Virus record (IMG/VR): IMGVR_UViG_2541047873_000001
DNA from: a virus
Taxonomy: Duplodnaviria; Heunggongvirae; Uroviricota; Caudoviricetes
Reading direction: 5' to 3' (one strand)
Length of the DNA stretch: 64,000 bases
The notes below the pieces were generated by a model. The model was given only the letters and a program-made list of their open reading frames with translations, did not search any database and was not told the origin of the DNA. Below, one piece after another: positions 56,596 to 64,000 of this stretch. The translations under genes and the position numbers were made by a program. Within the stretch, counting starts at the first letter, position 1. Every line of letters begins with the position of its first letter.

Positions 56596-57784
56596 CTTCC
56601 TGAAAAATCAGGACGGGCGATATATCACTGACGGCCTGTCCTCTAAGGATTTCACACGCGTATTTGAACTCATCAGGAAAGAGCAAAACCGCAAACGCCG
56701 CCAGGCGCACAGGACACTCACGCCGGGCAGGCTTAGGAATAAATCAGCCGAAGACATTCTTAAGCTGGGGAAAAAGAAAGGCGGCACGTTCTTTACGCGT
56801 GACGATCTGAAAGGCTTCGAAAAGCTGCGAAGCAAAGCACGCGAAAAATACGACAGCAAGACGGCTGGCATTACATACGCACAACTGGTAGCGTCCAGCC
56901 AGGCTATCGATATTAAGCGAGCAAATAACGCCGTAGACGACGGTTCTGGTATCAAAAGAGCTACGCCCGTATCTCTTCGTCACAATGTGATTAATATCCG
57001 CGTGGAAGCGTCCGATATATCCGTTCACCAGCACCACATTGTCCGGGTACGTTTTGAAGAATGGGATCAGATGGTCGATGACATCGCAGAAGACGATAAA
57101 TCAGCCCTGAAAGTCACAAAATCACTGTGTGCCGGGCGAGTGTCTTTCGATTGTGACTGCGGTCGCCATCAATACTGGTATCGCTACATCGCCACTGCGG
57201 GTAACTTTGCCCTGGCCCCGCCAAAAGAATACGCCTATCCAAAAGTTCGCAACCCTAAGCTGCAAGGCGTCGCCTGTAAACATGTGATCCACTCAATGAC
57301 ACGACTACAGTCTGCCAGTTGGCAGATGAGTATTGCTCGCGCCCTGCAAAAAGCTGCAACGCAAGTTGCCTTTGGTGACGATCGCCGCCGCACGACAAAA
57401 CACTTCACAAAAGAAGACGAGAAGGCGTTCAATCGAAACCGTAGCAGCAAAACGAATGTTGAGGCAGCTAAACGTGAATGGAAGCTCTATCAGAAACGCC
57501 AGGCCGCTTTAAGCACAAAACTGGCAAAGGACAACGGCAAGATTGACAAGCTACGTGACCAGCTGACCAGGGCCAGAAAGTTGTCCGATGCACAGAAAAA
57601 ACGGGCAGCAGCAAAAGAAGCAGCCTTGCAACGTGAGAAACAGAAAAACAAGGAGCTTCAGCAACGCCTTGCCGATCAATTCGCACTGAAGAAGCAAGCG
57701 TTCATTGATGCGCTGGTCATGACAGGAACGTCACCTGAGCAAGCTGAAAAAATGTTTATGGAGTATGTGAAGAAAGGTTCTTAA
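56588..57784 (+). CDS. Hypothetical protein with SWIM-type zinc finger and basic coiled-coil C-terminus
   Basis: CDCGRHQYWYRY...CKH fits CxCxnCxH. Confidence 0.4.
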   Translation: MPDFLKNQDGRYITDGLSSKDFTRVFELIRKEQNRKRRQAHRTLTPGRLRNKSAEDILKLGKKKGGTFFTRDDLKGFEKLRSKAREKYDSKTAGITYAQLVASSQAIDIKRANNAVDDGSGIKRATPVSLRHNVINIRVEASDISVHQHHIVRVRFEEWDQMVDDIAEDDKSALKVTKSLCAGRVSFDCDCGRHQYWYRYIATAGNFALAPPKEYAYPKVRNPKLQGVACKHVIHSMTRLQSASWQMSIARALQKAATQVAFGDDRRRTTKHFTKEDEKAFNRNRSSKTNVEAAKREWKLYQKRQAALSTKLAKDNGKIDKLRDQLTRARKLSDAQKKRAAAKEAALQREKQKNKELQQRLADQFALKKQAFIDALVMTGTSPEQAEKMFMEYVKKGS

Positions 57785-57792
57785 TTTACAAC

Positions 57793-57816
57793 AAAGGCGG
57801 TTATCCCGCCTTTTAT
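57793..57816. terminator. Bidirectional terminator
   Basis: aaaggcggttatcccgcctttt hairpin between convergent genes. Confidence 0.6.
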
Positions 57817-57817
57817 A

Positions 57818-58555
57818 TTACTTGTCCTTTGATGTCGATTGAGACTCATATATTGTCTCTACGTCATCTATTAGTTTATTAATACCCCACAATCCAGTGT
57901 CTTTATAAAAATCGCTTTCTTCAATTGCTTTTAATAAATCGGCAAAATCTTCTTGGGTGGAAATTCTTTTCTTTTTTGCTTTATATACATCGACAATTAC
58001 TTTTATGCCGTGATACAGAGCCAATCTGGCACTCTCAGTCTCTCTCTTCTTCTCTTCAATTGCAGACAATAATTTATATTGATCTTCTGTTTGCTTTTCT
58101 AGACTTAAAAGCTTGCTCTCTTTTTGCTTCAAGTTGATCTGCAACTCTTTTATTCTTGCCCTCTCTTCTAAATCAAACTCATAGTCAATGTATCTAATTC
58201 TTGCATAGTTCCTGCCTGTTGCTTTTGATATATACATTGTTATATAAGGCATTACCACTGACGCAGTGGTTCCATATATAAATGGCATAACAAAATGAGC
58301 CACAAACGGAGATACAATGATGGGGCCAACATAAGGAAAGTGATATTTCTCACCAACCCATACTATAGACAATGTTGTATATATATCGTACTTTGATTTA
58401 AATAATATAATAATATCCTGCCAGTTAACGACAAAGAAAGAAACCACAACATATGCAAACAACTTATTGAATAACTTGTCTCTTATGGCTTCTTCTATTG
58501 TGTTCCTGACTGTGACATTTTCATCTTTATTTTCTAATGATGAATCTTTGCTCAT
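57818..58555 (-). CDS. AT-rich gene for a multi-TM membrane protein with cytoplasmic coiled coil; exclusion or abortive-infection candidate
   Basis: ATG at 58555 (MSKDSSLENK); ~33% GC by eye against ~50% in flanks; three hydrophobic helices then a KE-rich coiled coil; downstream of higA on the same strand. Confidence 0.45.
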   Translation of the reverse strand: MSKDSSLENKDENVTVRNTIEEAIRDKLFNKLFAYVVVSFFVVNWQDIIILFKSKYDIYTTLSIVWVGEKYHFPYVGPIIVSPFVAHFVMPFIYGTTASVVMPYITMYISKATGRNYARIRYIDYEFDLEERARIKELQINLKQKESKLLSLEKQTEDQYKLLSAIEEKKRETESARLALYHGIKVIVDVYKAKKKRISTQEDFADLLKAIEESDFYKDTGLWGINKLIDDVETIYESQSTSKDK

Positions 58556-58616
58556 ATAAAAATTCAAACCTTCTTATCTTTATTTTTGGTGAAGGCGGTC
58601 TTCCAGACCGCCAAAC

Positions 58617-58976
58617 TCAAACACCAACCAGGCTTTCAAGAGGAATGCCAAACTGGGAATGTAAACGACGAATCATAGGTAACGTCAAATTTCGCGTGCC
58701 ATTAAGCACTTCGTAAACACGGTTTGACTTACCAATTGCCGGTTCCAGATCCTTCACTGTCAGCCCTTGCTGTTCCATACGAAACTTAATGGCTTCAATA
58801 GGTGATGGTGGCTCAATTGGGTAATGCTTTTTCTCGTACTCTTCGATGAGCAGGCACATTACTTCAAAGAAATCGCCTTCCGGTGTGTTCATTTCCGGTT
58901 CGTTATCGAACATCGGTTCGACCGCACGCAGTGCGGCCTCATAATCTTGTTCTGTACGGATAGGTTTAATGTTCAT
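58617..58976 (-). CDS. higA: HigA antitoxin (HTH)
   Basis: MNIKPIRTEQDYEAALRAVEPMFDNEPEMNTPEGD...MIRRLHSQFGIP matches the HigA family. Confidence 0.85.
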   Translation of the reverse strand: MNIKPIRTEQDYEAALRAVEPMFDNEPEMNTPEGDFFEVMCLLIEEYEKKHYPIEPPSPIEAIKFRMEQQGLTVKDLEPAIGKSNRVYEVLNGTRNLTLPMIRRLHSQFGIPLESLVGV

Positions 58977-58979
58977 GAT

Positions 58980-59282
58980 TTACTCCAGTTCTATTGTATC
59001 CGCTTCAATGGCATCATATTCCTTATGTGTTCCAATAAACTTAACGAACATCCATCCTCGCTGATAAGCAATTGCGACAATTAACCTGTAATCATTTCCC
59101 TTAATATTAAACACCACGCGCCTGTTTTTAAGGATGCTGGCTGTCCGGTACTGTTCTTTGATCTCAGCCGGATTTTTCCAGTCAGCCTTTGTTGCTTCAT
59201 CAACCCATGCCTTTAATGGCTGTTCTGCATCGGGATTCTTCGCCCAGAAATCCCTTAGTGTTTTTACCGAAATTATTTTCAT
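58980..59282 (-). CDS. higB: HigB toxin (RelE/ParE superfamily mRNA interferase)
   Basis: ATG at 59282 (MKIISVKTLRDFW...GNDYRL...THKEYD); toxin-first order. Confidence 0.85.
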   Translation of the reverse strand: MKIISVKTLRDFWAKNPDAEQPLKAWVDEATKADWKNPAEIKEQYRTASILKNRRVVFNIKGNDYRLIVAIAYQRGWMFVKFIGTHKEYDAIEADTIELE

Positions 59283-59312
59283 CACAGATTCCTTCTCTCT
59301 GAAAGTATAGTA

Positions 59313-59357
59313 GTCCCAATATGGGACAATGTAAAGCACTTTAGTCCCATGCTGGGA
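59313..59357. promoter_or_regulatory. higBA operator palindromes
   Basis: gtcccaatatgggac and tcccatgctggga palindromes overlapping the higB promoter. Confidence 0.5.
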
Positions 59358-59426
59358 TATGAATTGAAATCACAATCTCCAGACAATGCCCCTCGATACC
59401 AGATAAATCGACCTTTGAGGACGCTT

Positions 59427-60218
59427 ATGGGCCGTTTTGATGAATGGCTTGCTGATGATGCAAGCCTGATGAGAAAGGGAACAGAACATGACAGCACGCA
59501 GAGAGAAGAGACAACGACGGTTGAAGCGAATGAAGGAAGCACAACGGAAAATGGGAATGTCAGTGCAGGGCCATTCAGTATTCTGGAAGAGCACGCCGCC
59601 ACCCAATCTAATAGCCATGATAATTGGCCTGATAATGCTGGTGACTCTGTTACGGAAGTGATTGAACCTGACATCGCTCCCCTACCGGCATCGCTCGCTA
59701 ACAGAGAACCAAACCAGCAGCTTAAAACCCGATATAACGGACACAAAGCGTTCAACGACCAGATCCGCGCCGATTGGATGCTCATTATTGAATCAAGCCC
59801 TGACGCATTCGAGGCGCTTTTATATCGCCCGGCTGATGGCACCTATGGCGTCGTAAACGATGAAACAGGTGAAGAGTCATTCACGCAACTGGACAACAAC
59901 CAGCGTGAGCTTACCTATCTGGAACCGGAAATCGTATACGTCCTGGACAACCCGGACGGAAGGGATTCGTTTCATGCCATTGATGCCGATGGAGAACAGG
60001 ATGGTCTTGCTGATGAAGTGCTAATCCTGCGTATTGCTGCAAACAACGTACCTGTTGGTTCAATCCTGGAATGGAACGAAGAAATGGCGAATGGCCTCGC
60101 CCGCCGCTGGTGGTACGTGCACCGAATCTTCAGCTACGGAACACAACACGTCGGCTCCCTTTATTACTGCATCCCGGCTAGGAACTTTGATACCACTCAA
60201 AACGGAGTGATCGAATGA
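59427..60218 (+). CDS. Hypothetical acidic protein (start uncertain)
   Basis: ORF 59349..60218; an internal ATG at 59427 avoids overlap with the higB promoter. Confidence 0.35.
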   Translation: MGRFDEWLADDASLMRKGTEHDSTQREETTTVEANEGSTTENGNVSAGPFSILEEHAATQSNSHDNWPDNAGDSVTEVIEPDIAPLPASLANREPNQQLKTRYNGHKAFNDQIRADWMLIIESSPDAFEALLYRPADGTYGVVNDETGEESFTQLDNNQRELTYLEPEIVYVLDNPDGRDSFHAIDADGEQDGLADEVLILRIAANNVPVGSILEWNEEMANGLARRWWYVHRIFSYGTQHVGSLYYCIPARNFDTTQNGVIE

Positions 60219-60982
60219 CATCCAACAAAACTCTCCTGTCCCGCATTGGCGAGTGGCAGACAACGCGTACTGGAAAATTCCAGACAACTGGTCTGGAAAG
60301 AGTGGATAACGCTTTTGCTACGCTAATCAGCGACATTTTTTCTGACGTAACGCTGGTGGAACCAGCAAAAGAAGAAAGGCGCTTTGCATCATTCCTGAGT
60401 CGCCCACCAGCGGAGCGTGTTTATGTTGCCCGTTTTGATAACGCGGTCGAGTTCCTTAAAGCGGTTCGCCGTGCTAATGCCGGGCAAGGGAGAAAGCCAG
60501 AGAATCCGAACATTAATCGCGATGCGCTCCCTCTGATTAATATCTCGCGCTCAATGGATATCAGCTATATCAACAATGACCAGCAGATAGACCGCAAAAG
60601 CTGTGATCACTTCTGCGAACCTGACAGCGGTATGCCTTTAGTAGCCCTGGAATACACCCAGGCAAATCTGACGTATGACGTTACGTTAATGGCGACGGAT
60701 AAGGCGACCATGAGTCTGATGTGTAATTCGCTAGGAGCACGTCTTCGCTTGATGGCAGGAACGCAGTTTGAAGCAACAACCCCGCTGGTACGAGTACCCG
60801 TCCCGCTAATTTGCGCGGTTCAGGATGCTAAAGACATCAGTTTTACTGATGTTTCAGCCCCAATTGGGGAAGAGCGTATTTATGCTGCACAAACGGCAAT
60901 TAGTGTTATAGCAGACGTGATCACCGCCTGGGAGCTGGACGCGAAACGAATTATTACTGAAACCTCTCTGAGAATGGGGTAA
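60215..60982 (+). CDS. Hypothetical protein, possibly part of a baseplate module
   Basis: 255 aa, coupled to neighbours. Confidence 0.35.
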   Translation: MTSNKTLLSRIGEWQTTRTGKFQTTGLERVDNAFATLISDIFSDVTLVEPAKEERRFASFLSRPPAERVYVARFDNAVEFLKAVRRANAGQGRKPENPNINRDALPLINISRSMDISYINNDQQIDRKSCDHFCEPDSGMPLVALEYTQANLTYDVTLMATDKATMSLMCNSLGARLRLMAGTQFEATTPLVRVPVPLICAVQDAKDISFTDVSAPIGEERIYAAQTAISVIADVITAWELDAKRIITETSLRMG

Positions 60983-60985
60983 GCC

Positions 60986-61966
60986 ATGTCCCAGGAGCTA
61001 CAGCAATACTTTCTACAGTCCATTACCATCAACGGAAACAAAGTGCCCAGGGAGTGGATATTCACTGCCGTATATGTGGAAAAGGCAAACCTGCGAGCAC
61101 CATTGCTGAAACTGGAAATTCACGACATTACCGGCACCATAATTGATGACTGGAAAACAAAATACGGCGCAGCACTGGTTGCAGAGATGGGAGATCCACA
61201 AGGCAATTCAGGCACGTTTAAAACAACTTTTTTCGTAACATCTGCGGTGCTGGCTGGTGATGTCATCACGGTCATTGCAGTCAGTGAAGACGTTCGGATA
61301 TTTAAGATCCCCGCTATACGGGCTAACCTGCATACAAATAAAACGCCTGATACCATTTTCAAGACGTATACCGGTACACTGAAAATCGCCTCCAGCGCAT
61401 TGAAACGAAGCTGTACGTACCATCTTTCCGCCGGGGAAAAACCCTCCAAAATGCTATCTGAAATGGCCCGCGATAAAGGCGCTTTATGCTGGGCCTGCCG
61501 TGGTCAGTTTAACTTTTATACATTAGCTGACCTTATGAAAGCCAAACCATCATTCACCTATGAAGGGAACAACCCCAGGGCGGAATACACGATTTCAAAA
61601 ATGAGGCTTATACAGCAAGAGTATGCCGTTACGGCAAATACTCAGTATCGATTTACCGGCTATTCAATGACTGAAGGCTATGTCGAATATGGCGATAGCT
61701 CACTTCCAATACGCTATATATCCGATCCGGATATGGAAACTCTGCGCAATATGCAATTGTCGCTCGTACCCAAAATGGATATTGAGGTCGCGGGTAATCC
61801 CGACATCACGCCGGGAATGGTTATTGAGATCCTCGTGTATCGTTACGACCAGGAAAATAAGCTGGACGAATCGTTGCCTCGTAAGCTGTTGGTGAAAAAC
61901 GTAGCCCATTTTGAGGACCGGATCGGCTATACAACACGAATGATATTAGGAGTACCCAACCAGTGA
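60986..61966 (+). CDS. Putative baseplate or tail protein
   Basis: 326 aa directly upstream of the gpV-like spike gene. Confidence 0.35.
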   Translation: MSQELQQYFLQSITINGNKVPREWIFTAVYVEKANLRAPLLKLEIHDITGTIIDDWKTKYGAALVAEMGDPQGNSGTFKTTFFVTSAVLAGDVITVIAVSEDVRIFKIPAIRANLHTNKTPDTIFKTYTGTLKIASSALKRSCTYHLSAGEKPSKMLSEMARDKGALCWACRGQFNFYTLADLMKAKPSFTYEGNNPRAEYTISKMRLIQQEYAVTANTQYRFTGYSMTEGYVEYGDSSLPIRYISDPDMETLRNMQLSLVPKMDIEVAGNPDITPGMVIEILVYRYDQENKLDESLPRKLLVKNVAHFEDRIGYTTRMILGVPNQ

Positions 61967-62640
61967 AACGCAGAGCGCAAATCGTAGGGACCAAACACCC
62001 TGCCGGACTTATGCGAGCGCAGGTCCGCATACTGCCTGACTGGAACGGTGTACCGGATGAAGACCTCCCATGGGCAGAGTATCAAATGCCTATCGGTAAC
62101 GCCTTTACACCTACAGTCAGCGGCGATTTAGTCTGGGTCGAATTTCCTTATCTGGATGCTAAAGGCAGGATAGACACGCGCCGACCTTTAATCGTTGGTG
62201 CGGCGCAGGATGCCCCAGGAGGCGTACCAAATGTGCCTCCGGAAGCCTCCGGACAAGGAAGTGGATGGTCGCCAGAAGAAGTTGATGGTGCCCCTGCCCG
62301 CCCCCAGTTTTCGGCGACTGAAGATTTTGTTATTCACCGAAACAATATCCTTGAGGTCAGAACGGCTGGCGGTGGCTATGAAATAGCAAACACCGCCGCA
62401 GGATCAAGGATAGGGATGAACGAATCCGGCCAGATTTACATAATCGGCCCGGCGAATATAGTGCTTAATGCTGGAGGTGAGGTTAACGTCAAATCAAGCA
62501 GCAAAACCAATGTATCCTCAGATGGAGACGTTAATGTAAAAGGCAGCAATGTAACCGTCGCAGCTGATGGTGATATAGCCCTGAAAGCTGGTGGCGCGCT
62601 AAAAGCAACAGCGAGCAATTTCTCCTTTGTGAAGGGATAG
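61963..62640 (+). CDS. Baseplate hub/spike protein (gpV / gp5-like)
   Basis: N-terminal OB-fold-like RILPDWNGVP...GDLVWVEF...RPLIVG and Gly-rich beta-helical C-terminus. Confidence 0.5.
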   Translation: MKRRAQIVGTKHPAGLMRAQVRILPDWNGVPDEDLPWAEYQMPIGNAFTPTVSGDLVWVEFPYLDAKGRIDTRRPLIVGAAQDAPGGVPNVPPEASGQGSGWSPEEVDGAPARPQFSATEDFVIHRNNILEVRTAGGGYEIANTAAGSRIGMNESGQIYIIGPANIVLNAGGEVNVKSSSKTNVSSDGDVNVKGSNVTVAADGDIALKAGGALKATASNFSFVKG

Positions 62641-62654
62641 CAAAATGCAAAACT

Positions 62655-62688
62655 GTATTAGATAATTGAGTTTTATTTTCTAACACAG
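62655..62688. promoter_or_regulatory. Bipartite operator upstream of rdgC
   Basis: gtattagataattgagttttattttctaacacag, with a degenerate left half-site. Confidence 0.5.
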
Positions 62689-62690
62689 TT

Positions 62691-63605
62691 TTGCTAAACA
62701 TGAGATTAGTCGCCTTTAAAAACATATACGTCTATCGCCTTGCCCGCGAAATAAAACTGGACTCAACCACCGTTAGTGATGCCTTAAGCCAATTCACATT
62801 CACTCCATGCGCATCACAAGAAATGGCAAAAGTCGGATGGGTGCCGGTTCTGGCTGACAACCTGATCCATGAATACCACGGTTTTCTACTTCTCCAGCAA
62901 CAGCGAGAAATTAAGCTCCTGCCCTCTCATGTCATTAAGGAGGAAGTGCAGAAAAAAGTGGAAAAGCTCGAAAATGAGCAATCTCGTAAGCTGAAGAAGT
63001 CGGAAAAAAACACCCTGAAGGATGAAGTTCTCCACTCTTTGTTGCCTCGTGCATTCACTCGCAAATCATTGTCGCGAATCCTTATTGATCGCGACAACTA
63101 TCTGGTCTTCGTAGAAGCTTCCAGCGCCAGAAAAGCTGAAGAAATGCTGGCGCTCTTACGTAAATCACTTGGCAGCCTGCCAGTGATTCCATTCACGCCG
63201 ATAGAACCGCTCGAAATGACTATGACCGAATGGTTCAAGTCAACATTTCCTCAAGGCTTTAAAGCAGGCGAAGAAGCCATATTGAAATCTCTGTTCGATG
63301 ACGGCGGCGCAGTTCGTTGCAAGAAAGTAGACCTACAGTCAGAGGAAATAATGACTCATATTGAAGCCGGAAAAGTTGCAACAACAGTTGCAATCAACTG
63401 GCAGGACCGCGCGACCTTCAGGTTAAACGATGACATGAGCATCAAAGCACTGACGTTTTGCGATGATCTCTATGACCAGAACGATGACATCGACCGTGAA
63501 GATGTTGCCCAGCGATTTGATGCTGACTTCATTCTGTTCACAAGCGAATTATCCGCGATGTTTAGCTCGCTGGTGGAGGCCATTGGCGGTGAAGCAGAGC
63601 ATTAA
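62691..63605 (+). CDS. rdgC: Recombination-associated protein RdgC
   Basis: Colinear with E. coli RdgC from memory (FTPC.SQ.MAK.GWVP, LKDEVLHSLLPRAF, ALLRKSLGSLPV, EDIDREDVAQRFDADFIL). Confidence 0.9.
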   Translation: MLNMRLVAFKNIYVYRLAREIKLDSTTVSDALSQFTFTPCASQEMAKVGWVPVLADNLIHEYHGFLLLQQQREIKLLPSHVIKEEVQKKVEKLENEQSRKLKKSEKNTLKDEVLHSLLPRAFTRKSLSRILIDRDNYLVFVEASSARKAEEMLALLRKSLGSLPVIPFTPIEPLEMTMTEWFKSTFPQGFKAGEEAILKSLFDDGGAVRCKKVDLQSEEIMTHIEAGKVATTVAINWQDRATFRLNDDMSIKALTFCDDLYDQNDDIDREDVAQRFDADFILFTSELSAMFSSLVEAIGGEAEH

Positions 63606-63621
63606 TAACCGACCGCTGGCG

Positions 63622-64000
63622 GTGAGTCTTTGTGATTATACAGGGAATATGGTTTCCCCCTGGCTGGAACACGGCATTGATGCAGTCATTGTCGATCCGC
63701 AACACCAGGAGTCCGGCAGCCAATTGATGGAGTCAGGTGCTGTACTCACACGTATCAGCGCAATTATTGACAGTGATGAGGTCTACAATTTCCTTCGGAA
63801 AAATTTGCACAGAGTTGTATTTTTAGCCGGTTTCCCTCCGTGTACTGACCTGGCTGTATCTGGCGCACGCTGGTTCGCAGATAAAGCGAAAAAAGATCCG
63901 GTTTTCCAGTTCAAAGCAATGCAGGTTGTCTGGCAGTGTTACGACATTGCAAAGATGATTGGTTGCCCGTACATGATTGAAAACCCGGTCAGCCAAATAT
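63622..64000 (+). CDS. Partial ORF (3'-truncated by window edge), possible Cys-dependent pyrimidine-modifying or C5-methyltransferase-like enzyme
   Basis: VVFLAGFPPCTDLAVSG resembles motif IV (GFPCQ.FS) of C5-cytosine methyltransferases, but no clear motif I; GTG 63622 or ATG 63649 start. Confidence 0.3.
   Translation, partial: MSLCDYTGNMVSPWLEHGIDAVIVDPQHQESGSQLMESGAVLTRISAIIDSDEVYNFLRKNLHRVVFLAGFPPCTDLAVSGARWFADKAKKDPVFQFKAMQVVWQCYDIAKMIGCPYMIENPVSQI

Noticed and set aside
12974-62688. Whether the recurring TTCTAACA motif could be a CRISPR array or a MITE.
   Set aside because: Copies are dispersed over ~50 kb with irregular spacing, sit in promoter regions, and often form inverted pairs; there are no regularly spaced repeats, no leader and no cas genes.
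1-64000. Search for transposases, IS elements, integrases other than the Cre-like gene, plasmid rep/par genes and restriction-modification pairs.
   Set aside because: No DDE transposase or serine/tyrosine integrase motifs beyond Dre, no RepA or ParAB signatures, and no stand-alone restriction-modification pair recognised in this window; if the element has them they lie outside it.

Overview
The window reads as one contiguous piece of a P1-family phage-plasmid (plasmid prophage) from an enterobacterium. All calls are from reading the sequence and ORF translations by eye; no database search or folding was run, and P1 gene order is quoted from memory. Hallmarks: a Cre-homologous tyrosine recombinase with an upstream 32-bp site that matches the rox site as I recall it (Dre/rox, described for the P1-related phage D6); P1-type pacase genes, with a GATC-hexamer pac-like cluster inside pacA; the phd-doc addiction module; humD with a LexA box; a 2283-aa DarB-type methyltransferase-helicase antirestriction protein; a dar-operon-like block of the sizes expected for lydA, lydB, hdf, darA, ddrA, ddrB; tail fibre, Tfa and baseplate genes; five tRNAs; two paralogous icd-ant antirepressor loci; higBA; dUTPase; a Ppp-type phosphatase; RdgC. 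A ~12-14-bp motif (AATTTTCTAACA, often as inverted pairs) recurs at about 15 mostly intergenic sites and looks like the operator set of a C1-type immunity repressor with a specificity different from P1. The most interesting unexplained items are five copies of a DUF2829 (Tad2-like) module, an ORF-free structured RNA island beside the tRNAs that includes a tmRNA-tag-like frame, an AT-rich membrane coiled-coil gene next to higBA, and a stand-alone ClpX zinc-finger protein.
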